From assembly GCA_964440935.1 (NCBI GenBank), contig CAYTTY010000002.1, forward strand, positions 67,514 through 131,513: a stretch of DNA of 64,000 bases, in the 5' to 3' direction. A program made the translations under genes and the position numbers. This document shows positions 46,897-56,073 of this stretch, piece after piece. A model generated the notes under the pieces. It was given only the letters and a program-made list of their open reading frames with translations, did not search any database and was not told the DNA's origin. Source of the DNA: an uncultured Ignavibacteria bacterium (GTDB lineage: Bacteria; Zixibacteria; MSB-5A5; WJJR01). The stretch's first letter is position 1, and the number at the start of each line of letters is the position of its first letter.

Positions 46897-46941
46897 CCCC
46901 GCACTTCACCCTGGGGCCCGATGGTGAAGTGAGGGGTTTTT
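46897..46941 (+). terminator. Riboswitch expression-platform terminator / SD-sequestering hairpin
   Basis: The stem ccccgcacttcacc ... ggtgaagtgagggg is 14 bp with 1 mismatch. It is followed by TTTTT and ends 6 nt before the ribD ATG. The 3' arm contains the GAGGGG SD. Confidence 0.7.
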
Positions 46942-46946
46942 CATTT

Positions 46947-48173
46947 ATGAGCGAATCCAAAGACCAGCGCGAAATCGACCGGTACTGGATGGCCGAGACG
47001 CTCGCCTTGGCCCGCAAGGGAGCCGGACGCACCAGTCCGAATCCAATGGTCGGCGCGCTACTGGTCAAAGGCAATGAGGTCGTCGGGCGGGGTTATCATC
47101 AACGCGCCGGCGGACCCCACGCCGAAATCATCGCGCTCAAAGAAGCCGCCGGTCATGCCGCCGGAGCGACGCTCTATGTCAATCTTGAACCATGCACCCA
47201 CTACGGTAAGACGCCGCCCTGTGTCGAGGCGATCATCCAGGCGGGCGTTGCAACTGTCGTGTGCGGGATGGAAGATCCCAATCCCAAGGTTAACGGTGAC
47301 GGCGTCAAGACACTGCGCGAGCATGGCATCGGCGTGCGCGTTGGCATTCTGGAAAGGGAATCGCTCGAATTGAACGAAGCACATGTGAAGTTTGTCCTGA
47401 CAGGCAAACCCCTGGTCACCCTAAAGATCGCCCAATCGCTCGATGGGAAGATCGCCACGGTCAATGGACGCGGCGAACGGTTGACCGGCCCGGCCGCCCA
47501 AAAGTTCGTGCATAGCCTGCGTGCGCAAGTTGATGCCGTGCTGGTCGGTAAGAACACGGTCATTGTCGACAATCCTCAATTGACGGTCCGCGCAGTAAAG
47601 GGCCGCGATCCGCTGCGTTTAGTTCTCGACTCGTGGGGCAAGATCGCACCGAGTGCCGGTGTGTTTACGAATAACCACGATCGCCGCACGGTGCGCATTG
47701 GATTGTCCATCGGCAAGCGCCCGCTGACCTCGCCGCATCCCGATTGTTTCAACTGGTATGTCAATCCCGACGACCGCCATCAAATCGACTTGCACGAAGT
47801 GCTCGACACCGCAGCGCGCAACAACATCACGTCAATCCTCGTCGAAGGCGGTGGGATGACCTTCGGCTCATTCATTCGCGAACAACTCGCCGATAAGGTG
47901 CACATCTTGATGTCGCCACGATTCATCGGGACCGGTGTCAACGCACTCGGCAACTACCGTGCACACTCGGTGCTCGATTCGGTGCGGCTCACCAACGCGA
48001 CCGTCCAGTGGCTCGGTCACGACTTGCTGATGACCGCATATCCCGATTACGAAGCCGAGGCGGTCGATGAGGAAGAGGCGGCCGAAGTCGAACAGGAACC
48101 CGAAGCACCGCCGGTTGAGTTGACCAATCCGGTCAGTATCAGCGGCGAAGACGAACAGACAGATTGGAATTGA
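46947..48173 (+). CDS. ribD: Bifunctional riboflavin biosynthesis deaminase/reductase RibD
   Basis: The CDA zinc motif is HAEIIALKEAAGHAAGATLYVNLEPCTHYGKTPPC. The reductase half is PLVTLKIAQSLDGKIAT. It has an acidic C-terminal tail. The start is set at MSESKDQ after the riboswitch terminator; the ORF track starts upstream at 46815, inside the aptamer. Confidence 0.9.
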   Translation: MSESKDQREIDRYWMAETLALARKGAGRTSPNPMVGALLVKGNEVVGRGYHQRAGGPHAEIIALKEAAGHAAGATLYVNLEPCTHYGKTPPCVEAIIQAGVATVVCGMEDPNPKVNGDGVKTLREHGIGVRVGILERESLELNEAHVKFVLTGKPLVTLKIAQSLDGKIATVNGRGERLTGPAAQKFVHSLRAQVDAVLVGKNTVIVDNPQLTVRAVKGRDPLRLVLDSWGKIAPSAGVFTNNHDRRTVRIGLSIGKRPLTSPHPDCFNWYVNPDDRHQIDLHEVLDTAARNNITSILVEGGGMTFGSFIREQLADKVHILMSPRFIGTGVNALGNYRAHSVLDSVRLTNATVQWLGHDLLMTAYPDYEAEAVDEEEAAEVEQEPEAPPVELTNPVSISGEDEQTDWN

Positions 48174-48180
48174 GCCAACA

Positions 48181-48822
48181 ATGTTCACTGGATTGATACA
48201 GGAAATCGGAACCGTAACGCGGTTGACAGGAACATCCTCCGGTGTTGCCTGGGGTATTTGTACACCCAAGCTCGCCGGCGAATTGAAGCGCGGCGATTCG
48301 ATTTGCATTGACGGTGCCTGTCAGACGGTCGAGACGGTCACGGGTGATGTGATCACCGGCACGTCAATTCCAGAGACATTAAAGAAGACGACGTACGGCG
48401 ACTGGCAGGTCGGTTCTCGTGTCAACCTTGAGCCGCCCCTGCGTCCACACGATCGCTTGGGCGGACATTTCGTTAGTGGCCATGTCGATACCGTCGGAAC
48501 CGTCACACGCATCAACACGGCGGGCGGCGCCTATGAGTTGACGGTTGCGTATGATTCGCGCTACGCTCTCTGGACCATTGACCAGGGTTCGATCGCGATT
48601 AATGGGATCAGTTTGACGATCGCCCGACGTACGAACGATACACTTACGGTCGCCCTCATTCCCGAAACCCTCGAGAATACGACGCTGAACAGTCTGACAT
48701 CGGGCAGCCGCGTCAATCTGGAATTTGATCAGCTTATTAAAGCAGCAGTCCAGGCGGTGCAAGCCATTCAGTCGGACCGCAGCGCCATCAGTGAAGAATA
48801 CCTGGAAAATGCCGGCTGGTAG
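48181..48822 (+). CDS. ribE: Riboflavin synthase (alpha chain)
   Basis: The N-terminus MFTGLIQEIGTV and two lumazine-binding repeats (HFVSGHVDTVGTV) are present. Confidence 0.9.
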   Translation: MFTGLIQEIGTVTRLTGTSSGVAWGICTPKLAGELKRGDSICIDGACQTVETVTGDVITGTSIPETLKKTTYGDWQVGSRVNLEPPLRPHDRLGGHFVSGHVDTVGTVTRINTAGGAYELTVAYDSRYALWTIDQGSIAINGISLTIARRTNDTLTVALIPETLENTTLNSLTSGSRVNLEFDQLIKAAVQAVQAIQSDRSAISEEYLENAGW

Positions 48823-48858
48823 TAACGGCGGTCGGTACTCGGACGATAGGAGTAGGAC

Positions 48859-50127
48859 ATGGAATCGAATCTGCAACAGACAACCGAGCGCACAACCGAA
48901 TTTGATGCCATCGACGATGCCATCGCCGCCATTGGACGGGGCGAAATCATCATCGTCACCGACGATGAGAATCGCGAAAACGAAGGCGATTTTGTTATGG
49001 CGGCCGACATGGTAACGCCGGAGAAGGTCAACTTTCTCGTCACCGAGGGGCGTGGCCTGGTCTGTGCGGCACTGGACAAGGACCGTCTCGATGCCCTGGA
49101 TCTCCATCCAATGGTGCGCAATAACACAGCACATCTGCAGACCGCATTCACGATCTCGGTTGATGCCGTTGAAGGCACCACCACCGGCATCTCGGCATTC
49201 GATCGCTGCCGAACCATTCAAGCGCTCGTTGATCCCAATACGCAGCCCAATGATTTGGCCCGTCCCGGCCATGTCTTTCCGTTGCAAGCGGTCAAGGGCG
49301 GTGTCCTGCGTCGTGCCGGGCACACGGAAGCCGCGGTCGATTTGGCACGTTTGGCCGGGCATTCGCCGGCGGGCGTCGTCTGCGAAGTGATGGATGATGA
49401 CGGTTCGATGGCGCGGCTGCCGCGTTTGCGCGAAATTGCCGACGAGTTTGGGCTTAAGGTGATCACGATTGCCGATCTGATTGCCTACCGTCAGAAGAAT
49501 GAACGGCTCGTGAAGTGCGTGCGGACGGTCAATTTGCCATCGCGCTATGGCGACTTCAAACTGCACATGTACGAATCGGTAGTGGACGGTTACACGCATC
49601 TGGCGCTCGTGCGTGGTGACGTATCGGGCAACGATGATATTCTTGTGCGTGTCCATTCGCAATGCCTCACCGGTGACGTATTCGGTTCGGCCCGCTGTGA
49701 TTGCGGTGTGCAACTTGACAGTGCGATGCGGATGATCGCCGAAGAGGATGAAGGGGTTCTACTCTATATGCGGCAGGAGGGACGCGGCATCGGCCTGGAA
49801 AATAAGATCGAAGCGTATCATTTACAGGATCAGGGGCTCGATACGGTTGAGGCCAATGTCAATCTCGGATTTGCTCCCGACTTGCGTGATTACGGCATCG
49901 GTGCACAGATCCTGCTCGATCTCGGTCTGTCGACCATTCGACTGCTGACGAATAATCCGAAGAAGATCGTCGGTTTGAGCGGCTATGGTCTCGAGATTAC
50001 CGAACGCGTGCCAATCGAGGTGTTGCCATCCGAACAAAACGTGCGTTATCTGCGCACCAAGCGCGACAAAATGGGCCATCTCCTCGATACGGTCGATTTG
50101 GTGACCCCGGCGAATGCCTCCCGCTGA
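48859..50127 (+). CDS. ribBA: Bifunctional 3,4-dihydroxy-2-butanone-4-phosphate synthase / GTP cyclohydrolase II
   Basis: The DHBP synthase motif is [20 protein letters not shown]. The GCHII motifs are [20 protein letters not shown] and [27 protein letters not shown]. Confidence 0.9.
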   Translation: MESNLQQTTERTTEFDAIDDAIAAIGRGEIIIVTDDENRENEGDFVMAADMVTPEKVNFLVTEGRGLVCAALDKDRLDALDLHPMVRNNTAHLQTAFTISVDAVEGTTTGISAFDRCRTIQALVDPNTQPNDLARPGHVFPLQAVKGGVLRRAGHTEAAVDLARLAGHSPAGVVCEVMDDDGSMARLPRLREIADEFGLKVITIADLIAYRQKNERLVKCVRTVNLPSRYGDFKLHMYESVVDGYTHLALVRGDVSGNDDILVRVHSQCLTGDVFGSARCDCGVQLDSAMRMIAEEDEGVLLYMRQEGRGIGLENKIEAYHLQDQGLDTVEANVNLGFAPDLRDYGIGAQILLDLGLSTIRLLTNNPKKIVGLSGYGLEITERVPIEVLPSEQNVRYLRTKRDKMGHLLDTVDLVTPANASR

Positions 50128-50140
50128 GGAATGAGCATTG

Positions 50141-50356
50141 TGACTATATGATTTGTTGTCTGAGTGCCACGGGCCTTAAGGGGCGTGTTGAAAAACCCCC
50201 GAGACTCAGAGCCATCGGGAGGGCGAGCCTCCCGGCGAGCCGCAACGGCATGTTCCACACGGCGGCTCGGCGGTCCGCCGCGGCGGATCGCCCTCCCCAG
50301 TCTGAGGTGATGATAGACAGCAGGTTTCTCAACACGCCCCTTAAGGACCGTGGCGC
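50141..50356. mobile_element. MITE-like palindromic element (repeat family copy D) between ribBA and ribH
   Basis: The left TIR is gtgccacgggccttaaggggcgtgttgaaaaacc (50165-50198). The right TIR is ggtttctcaacacgccccttaaggaccgtggcgc (50323-50356); its reverse complement matches the left at about 31 of 34 positions. The interior is itself palindromic (gagactcagagccatcgggagggcga ... tcgccctccccagtctgag). The internal core gagccgcaacggcatgttccacacggcggctc is the reverse complement of a segment in copy A (6846-6877). Confidence 0.6.
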
Positions 50357-50428
50357 GCATTCAAGAGGATAGAAGAATTTGGTACCCCACAGCTCTGCTG
50401 TGGATCATATCCGCAAAAGGACACCCCC

Positions 50429-50902
50429 ATGCCAAACGTCATCGAAGGCAAACTCAACGCCACCGGATTGACATTCGGTATTGTTGTTTCCCGGTTTAAT
50501 CACTTCGTCACCGACCGCCTGGTCGAAGGCTGCATTGATACGTTGATTCGCCATGGCGCGACCGACTCCGACATCACGCTGGTGCGCGTACCGGGTTCGT
50601 TTGAGATTCCCACGACGGTGGCTCGTCTGGCGGAGAGCGGCCGGTTCAACGCGATCATTGCATTGGGTGCCGTGATCCGGGGCAACACGCCTCACTTCGA
50701 TTACATCGCCGCCGAGGTCACCAAAGGGATCGCTCAAGCTGGTATGCAGAACGATGTTCCGATCAGTTACGGCGTGATCACCACCGACACCCTCGAGCAG
50801 GCCATCGAACGCGCCGGTACTAAGGCGGGGAACAAAGGCGCCGACGCGGCGGCCGCCGCCATTGAGTTGGCGGATTTGCATCGGCAACTCGCGAAATCCT
50901 GA
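50429..50902 (+). CDS. ribH: 6,7-dimethyl-8-ribityllumazine synthase
   Basis: The family N-terminus and substrate loop are present ([33 protein letters not shown] ... [19 protein letters not shown]). Confidence 0.9.
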   Translation: MPNVIEGKLNATGLTFGIVVSRFNHFVTDRLVEGCIDTLIRHGATDSDITLVRVPGSFEIPTTVARLAESGRFNAIIALGAVIRGNTPHFDYIAAEVTKGIAQAGMQNDVPISYGVITTDTLEQAIERAGTKAGNKGADAAAAAIELADLHRQLAKS

Positions 50903-50949
50903 CGCGATCGCTGCTATCAGTACTCGGATCCGTTGCAGGGAGGTAACGG

Positions 50950-51399
50950 ATGGACAGCTTATTTGTGAATTCCACATCACAACTGTACGCGATCCTCATG
51001 GTCGTATTCGCCGCTCTCCTCGGTGGGGTGATTGGTTTGGAACGGGAATTGGCCAGAAAACCCGTCGGCATCAGAACGATGATGATCGTCGCCGGGACAT
51101 CGGCCATGTTGATGCTGTTGGGCTTAACGTTTTCCGACAGTGCCCGCAACGATCCGTTACGCATCATTCAAGCAATCGTCATGGGGATCGGTTTCATCGG
51201 CGCCGGCACGATTTTGCGTCACCGCGAAGGGGAACAGATCGAAGGATTGACGACCGCTGCTACAATTCTCCTCGCCGCCGCCATCGGTATCAGCGTAGCA
51301 TTGAAGCAGTTCATACTCGCCGTTGGAATTACTGTCCTGACACTGTTCATTCTCATCGGCGTCCGGAAATTTGAACGTCGAATGCATTCCTCGCGGTGA
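50950..51399 (+). CDS. MgtC/SapB family membrane protein
   Basis: LGGVIGLERELARKPVGIRTMMIVAGTSAML is the MgtC N-domain signature. There are 4-5 TM helices. The SD GGGAGG lies upstream. Confidence 0.75.
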   Translation: MDSLFVNSTSQLYAILMVVFAALLGGVIGLERELARKPVGIRTMMIVAGTSAMLMLLGLTFSDSARNDPLRIIQAIVMGIGFIGAGTILRHREGEQIEGLTTAATILLAAAIGISVALKQFILAVGITVLTLFILIGVRKFERRMHSSR

Positions 51400-51448
51400 T
51401 CGGACAATCCGCCACATGTAGTGTCGCGGTAATCTCCCCTTACATGTT

Positions 51449-51672
51449 TATAGCGATTGTCAGAATTCCATTCCGATTGAGAACGAGTGAGGATTGGTTT
51501 GCTTTGTACATACGTTGGGATGCATCGCCAAGAACAATACGCCCTACAAAAGCACGTCATCTGCAATGACACACGTTTTTTCAACACGCCCCTGGTGTTG
51601 TGTCCCGGAAGTCCGTTAAGTAAGTCAACTCAGCTGGTCCCGAGTGTGGCGTCATCCGCCCTCGGGTGACGC
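51449..51672. repeat. Intergenic modular repeat element, copy E
   Basis: The 5' module tatagcgattgtcagaattccattccgattgagaacgag matches copies A, B and F. The middle module matches copy C. The 3' module tgtcccggaagtccgttaagtaagtcaactcagctggtcccgagtgtggcgtcatccgccctcgggtgacgcc matches copy A, including the terminal hairpin. Confidence 0.6.
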
Positions 51673-51760
51673 CTTGTCGGTACGGGAGATAGCCGTCACG
51701 TGAGGGCGCATGACGGCACCCTGCGCGACGGACTCGTGGACGGAGTCAGTATCCCAATTC

Positions 51761-51788
51761 AAAAGGGGACACGGCTGTCCGCGTCCCC
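51761..51788 (-). terminator. Rho-independent terminator for the minus-strand cupredoxin/TSP3 gene
   Basis: On the minus strand the hairpin is ggggacgcgg-acag-ccgtgtcccc (9/10 bp) followed by TTTT. It sits 31 bp downstream of the stop at 51819. Confidence 0.55.
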
Positions 51789-51818
51789 TCGGTCAATAGG
51801 ATGTTACTGCATATGATC

Positions 51819-52790
51819 TTAGCTACACGGATCAACCGGTGGCGGACCATTGAAGAACAAAGTCTGGATCAGCAGATTCAGATCCACCGCATCCGACACC
51901 GCGTCATTGTTGATATCAGACCGTGGCGTCGGGCAATCCGGATCTTGTGGATTCGCTCCGTTGAAGAATAAGGCTTGGATCAACAGATTCAAATCCACAG
52001 CATCAAGAACAGCATCGGCGTTCATGTTGCCTTGAAGCGGGCAATCGCAGGCAGTGTCACACGCATCACCGATGCCATCCCCATCGCTGTCCGCCTGACT
52101 CGGATTGGAGGTCGACGGACAGTTATCCTCGTCGCAGGTATTGGCCGGGAAACCGGGATCGCCGAACCCGTCCCCGTCAGTATCGGTGCACGTGTCGCAG
52201 ACGTCGCCAATGCCATCGTTGTCGGTGTCTTCTTGGCCGGGGTTTGATGTCGACGGACAGTTATCCTCGTCGCAGGTATTGGCCGGGAAACCGGGATCGC
52301 CGAATCCATCGCCGTCCGTATCCGTACACGTGTCGCAGGCGTCACCAATGCCGTCGGCGTCCGCATCGTCCTGAGTGGTATTTGCAGTGCTGGGACAGTT
52401 GTCCTGAGAATTGGGAATACCGTCGCCGTCATCATCTTCTTCAACAACGACTTCGCCAATCATGCCAAAACCAAAATGAGGGCGACAGAAGTAGGGGAAG
52501 GTACCGGTGCTATTGAAGGTGAACGAGAAGGTCGTATTGGATCCATCCAGCGGGGCATCAAAGAGCAACCCTACGTCGGGATCAGTGGGGCCCGTTCCCG
52601 ACGTCACCGTATGACTCCCGGAACTCCAAACCCAAGTGACCTGATCTCCCGGTGTAATAACCACCGTGCTCGGTGACCAACTGAGACTGACTTGGTTGAC
52701 AGTTACATCCAATGCCTGTGTGGGGTCAGGGAAGAGCACAAGCACCAACAGTAGGGCGCTGCTGCCCAATAGCTTAGCACAACGGATCAT
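51819..52790 (-). CDS. Secreted blue-copper (cupredoxin) domain protein with thrombospondin type-3 Ca-binding repeats and C-terminal dockerin-like double repeat
   Basis: Signal peptide [26 protein letters not shown]. The type-1 copper site is [17 protein letters not shown] (C-x-x-H-x4-M). The TSP3 repeats are DTDGDGFGD / [24 protein letters not shown] (xN). The C-terminus carries two [17 protein letters not shown] repeats and ends PCS. The DNA holds a 153-bp internal tandem duplication (52105-52374). Confidence 0.7.
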   Translation of the reverse strand: MIRCAKLLGSSALLLVLVLFPDPTQALDVTVNQVSLSWSPSTVVITPGDQVTWVWSSGSHTVTSGTGPTDPDVGLLFDAPLDGSNTTFSFTFNSTGTFPYFCRPHFGFGMIGEVVVEEDDDGDGIPNSQDNCPSTANTTQDDADADGIGDACDTCTDTDGDGFGDPGFPANTCDEDNCPSTSNPGQEDTDNDGIGDVCDTCTDTDGDGFGDPGFPANTCDEDNCPSTSNPSQADSDGDGIGDACDTACDCPLQGNMNADAVLDAVDLNLLIQALFFNGANPQDPDCPTPRSDINNDAVSDAVDLNLLIQTLFFNGPPPVDPCS

Positions 52791-53015
52791 GGCGGGCCTC
52801 CTGTCCGTGGGGGTGCAATAATAACTGGTCTGGCCAGCTCAATGGGTAAGGACTCGAACCAACCTATTAAAGTCAAAAGTACTCCCATTTCGAGCCTTGT
52901 CAAGCCCTCGCCAGGCAGTTCCTTCACAATTCAAGACCCCTACATCCCACGCCGATACAGGACATGGAGATACGGAGCATCTCCAGCGCACATACACGTC
53001 GGCCAGGGAGGGTCG

Positions 53016-53375
53016 GTGCTCATATTGACGCGTAAGCTGGGTGAGAGCATCACCATCGGAGATGACATCAAGGTAACAGTCCTCGGCATTTATGGCCGGC
53101 AGGTTCGGCTGGGGGTTGAGGCGCCACTGCAGGTGATTGTTCACCGTGAAGAGGTCTATCTGAAGATCAAAGAGGAAAACCGGAAAGCGGCCCGCAATAT
53201 CAAGGATGATCTGATCGGATTCGCCCGCATCATCAAGAACAAAGTCAAAGGCGAAGACGAGAAAGACGACAATCAGCGCGGCAGTGGAGGGATCGAGTAC
53301 AAGTCGTCCTCCAGCCCGCGCAAACCGCAGATGAAAGCACCATCACGCAAACGTTCGTCACGAGGAATGAAATGA
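53016..53375 (+). CDS. csrA: Carbon storage regulator CsrA with extended basic C-terminal tail
   Basis: GTG start with a GGGAGGG SD 4 nt upstream. The N-terminus [48 protein letters not shown] matches the CsrA consensus MLILTRKVGESI.IGDDI.ITVL...G.QVRIGI.AP..V.VHREE.Y. A ~60-aa K/R/S-rich tail follows. The upstream portion of the ORF track entry (52842) is rejected. Confidence 0.75.
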   Translation: MLILTRKLGESITIGDDIKVTVLGIYGRQVRLGVEAPLQVIVHREEVYLKIKEENRKAARNIKDDLIGFARIIKNKVKGEDEKDDNQRGSGGIEYKSSSSPRKPQMKAPSRKRSSRGMK

Positions 53376-53563
53376 GCTGGTTTCGTCGGAAAGATGGGTC
53401 TGACGACATCGCTGCGCGCGATCCGCGCATCGAGATGGCACGTCAGAAGAATCAGCAGGCGGACAAGCGCAAGACGCAGTCCGACAAGCACACTCGATCC
53501 GACCAGCCGAACATTGTCGATAGCGAATTCTGCTATGGAGGTGATGCGGGACCGTGCGCGTAA
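53372..53563 (+). CDS. small hypothetical ORF between csrA and flgL (doubtful)
   Basis: A 63-aa basic ORF. ATGA overlaps the csrA stop, and it overlaps the flgL start by 10 nt. No motif was recognised; it may be spurious. Confidence 0.2.
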   Translation: MSWFRRKDGSDDIAARDPRIEMARQKNQQADKRKTQSDKHTRSDQPNIVDSEFCYGGDAGPCA

Positions 53564-55473
53564 CGCATCAGATGATCACTGAACAGACGACCGCGAATCT
53601 GTCGCGGTCGATCACGCGCCTGCTGGCGCTGCAGAACCAGATGTCCAGCGGACGGCGTCTCAGTCGCCCGTCGGACGATCCGGTGGCGGTGACGCGCGAC
53701 CTGTCGTATCGCACCACCATCAAGACCGTCGAACAATATCAGGGCAACATCTCATCGGCGACCACCCAGCTCAACACGATTGAACAGTCACTGGGATCAA
53801 TCAGCAATCTGTTGGTGCGTGCACGCGAGCTGGCGACGTCGCTTGCCGATGACGTCTACGACGCCACCGCCCGGGCCGGTGCGGCCGAGGAAGCCCGCGA
53901 CCTCTTTGAACAGGTGCTCCAGGCCGGCAATGTGCAAAGCGAGGGTCGCTACCTCTTGAGCGGACACCTTACCCGGAACCAGGCGTTTCTCTCGGTTCCC
54001 GGTGGAGTGATCTACCAGGGTGATGCCGGCCTCGTCTACAGTCAGATTGAAACATCGTCCAAGGTTCCGATCAATCTCATCGGTTCCGACGTTTTGCTGC
54101 AACCATTGTATACGCTTGGTGAAGGATTCGACCTCAATCGTGGGCTCTCGAACGCCACCGCGCTCGCCGATTTGCATCAGGGCACCGGCATCGATCAATC
54201 GGTCGGGATTTTGCAATTCACCGATGTGAACGCGAATCTCACCGTCGGTGTCGACGTATCGGGTGCGACGACCATCGACGACGTGATCAACGCGGTGAGC
54301 ACCCAGCTCGCGGCGGGCGGTATGTCCGGCGTGGCGGTTCAGGTCAGTCCCGCCGGCAACGCGTTGCGAGTTGTCGTCACCGACGATCCGACGATCGTTG
54401 GAACAACGCGCCTGGAAAACCTCAATGGCGGGGCCGGTGTTGACATGATCAACGCGCGGTTCCGTATTACCAACGATAGCGGCGTTCCCAACGTGGCCAT
54501 CGATCTGTCCGGAGCACAAACCGTCGACGACGTCATCACCGCCGTCAACACTCAGTTGTCTGCAGCAGGAGTGAACAACGTCACGTTGGATATCGATCCG
54601 TCCGGGACGGCCTTCCGTCTGCGTGACACCAACGGCACACCACTGGGATTGCGTGTTGACGATTTCGAGGGCGAATCGACCGCACAGGATTTGGGCCTCC
54701 GCGGCTATGTCAATGATGAATTGGTCGGTACTGACTTGGAGCCACGGAAGGTCATCACGATAGATGAGAATGGACCCGGCGAGACGACCGTGGCTGATCT
54801 GGGTCTGCTGGGATCGTTCCAACAGTCGCGCGACGGCACCGATCTGGATCCACAACTCACACTGACGACCCCCGTCAATGAGTTGAAGAGTTCAATCGGA
54901 TTGTCGCTCGGGACGATTCGGCTCACACAAGGCGACACCTTCGCTATCGTCGATCTGGCCCCGGCAACGACCGTTGGCGAGATCATCACGCGCATCAACA
55001 ATTCCGGTCTCGATGTGCACGCATCGCTCAATGATGCACAGACAGGTATTCAAGTTGTTTCAACTGATACCAGCCAGTCATTAACAATCGTTGATGAGGA
55101 TGCCACCAGGACCGCCAGCGTGATCGGCCTCAAAGGATCACCGGATTTGCTGGGCAATATGTTGCTGCTGATCGATGCTCTGGAAAACAACGATCAGAAG
55201 ATGATTGCCGAGATGATCGGCGCGTTTGAAGAGGGGTCGAATCACATTCTGGACACACGCGCTTCGGTGGGCGCCAATATCCGGCGGATGGAATCGACCA
55301 GTTCGCGATTGGACGCATTCAGCCTATCGGTAACGCGACTGTTATCAGAAATCGAAGATGCCGATATCATCAAGGTGACAACCGAACTGGCGACGCAGCA
55401 AAACGTCTATCAGGCCGCGCTCAATGCGACTGCGCGGGTGCTGATGCCATCACTCGTGGACTTCATTCAATAA
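53554..55473 (+). CDS. flgL: Flagellar hook-associated protein 3 (FlgL)
   Basis: GTG start. The N-terminus [45 protein letters not shown] matches the FlgL N-domain (MRIS..M......L....GKR...PSDDP.A) rather than flagellin (SAKDDAAG). The C-terminus has the conserved LATQQNVYQAALNATARVL helix. It is long (639 aa), with a repetitive central region. Confidence 0.7.
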   Translation: MRVTHQMITEQTTANLSRSITRLLALQNQMSSGRRLSRPSDDPVAVTRDLSYRTTIKTVEQYQGNISSATTQLNTIEQSLGSISNLLVRARELATSLADDVYDATARAGAAEEARDLFEQVLQAGNVQSEGRYLLSGHLTRNQAFLSVPGGVIYQGDAGLVYSQIETSSKVPINLIGSDVLLQPLYTLGEGFDLNRGLSNATALADLHQGTGIDQSVGILQFTDVNANLTVGVDVSGATTIDDVINAVSTQLAAGGMSGVAVQVSPAGNALRVVVTDDPTIVGTTRLENLNGGAGVDMINARFRITNDSGVPNVAIDLSGAQTVDDVITAVNTQLSAAGVNNVTLDIDPSGTAFRLRDTNGTPLGLRVDDFEGESTAQDLGLRGYVNDELVGTDLEPRKVITIDENGPGETTVADLGLLGSFQQSRDGTDLDPQLTLTTPVNELKSSIGLSLGTIRLTQGDTFAIVDLAPATTVGEIITRINNSGLDVHASLNDAQTGIQVVSTDTSQSLTIVDEDATRTASVIGLKGSPDLLGNMLLLIDALENNDQKMIAEMIGAFEEGSNHILDTRASVGANIRRMESTSSRLDAFSLSVTRLLSEIEDADIIKVTTELATQQNVYQAALNATARVLMPSLVDFIQ

Positions 55474-55486
55474 GCGGGAATACATC

Positions 55487-55987
55487 ATGTCTCTGGCAGC
55501 AAACACCATCGCCGTACCGACCACACGCTTTGGCGACCTCGATGTCGAAGCGTCAAAGATTATCGACTTTCCGAAGGGCATCCTGGGATTCGAAGCAAAT
55601 GGACGCTTTGTGCTCCTCGAACAGGAAGAGGTGAAGCCGTTCGTGTATTTGCAATCGCTCGATGATCCCGGACTGGCGTTCATCGTGGTCGATCCACGGC
55701 TTGTGTTTTCGCATTACAAAGTGCAGATCGAACCGCAGGAGATCGCCGATCTCAATGTTAGGGACATCAACAACATCAGCATGTGGGTGATTGTCACGAT
55801 TCCCGAAGACGTCAAGCGGATGTCGGCGAATTTGCAGGGCCCGATCCTGATCAATCAGGAAAACAACTGCGGCAAACAGGTCGTATTGGTGCGCAGTCAC
55901 TACACGACACGCCACTATCTCATGGATGAAATCTCGAAGTCTCGGACCGACGGCGTCCCGGTATCGCGCGAAACGGTCCGCACCTGA
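55487..55987 (+). CDS. fliW: Flagellar assembly factor FliW
   Basis: TRFGDLDVEASKIIDFPKGILGFEANGRFVLLEQEE...YLQSLDDPGLAFIVVDP...IVTIPED...ANLQGPILIN fits the FliW family pattern. Confidence 0.85.
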   Translation: MSLAANTIAVPTTRFGDLDVEASKIIDFPKGILGFEANGRFVLLEQEEVKPFVYLQSLDDPGLAFIVVDPRLVFSHYKVQIEPQEIADLNVRDINNISMWVIVTIPEDVKRMSANLQGPILINQENNCGKQVVLVRSHYTTRHYLMDEISKSRTDGVPVSRETVRT

Positions 55988-56073
55988 CTTTTGCCCGACG
56001 GGTACAACATTCGGCGGCGCCCACGGAACCGGGTCCGCCACGCACACGACCGAATGAATAGGATGCTTCGGTA

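Noticed and set aside
48379-49713. 444-aa antisense ORF covering ribBA
   Set aside because: ribBA on the plus strand has unmistakable DHBP synthase and GTP cyclohydrolase II motifs, so the antisense ORF is spurious.
52842-53015. Upstream in-frame extension of csrA (ORF track start at 52842)
   Set aside because: The CsrA core begins precisely at GTG 53016 with a GGGAGGG SD 4 nt upstream. The 58-aa extension has no homology and would be unprecedented.
53797-54855. 352-aa antisense ORF inside flgL
   Set aside because: flgL has conserved N- and C-terminal flagellin-family helices on the plus strand, and the antisense ORF has no motif.
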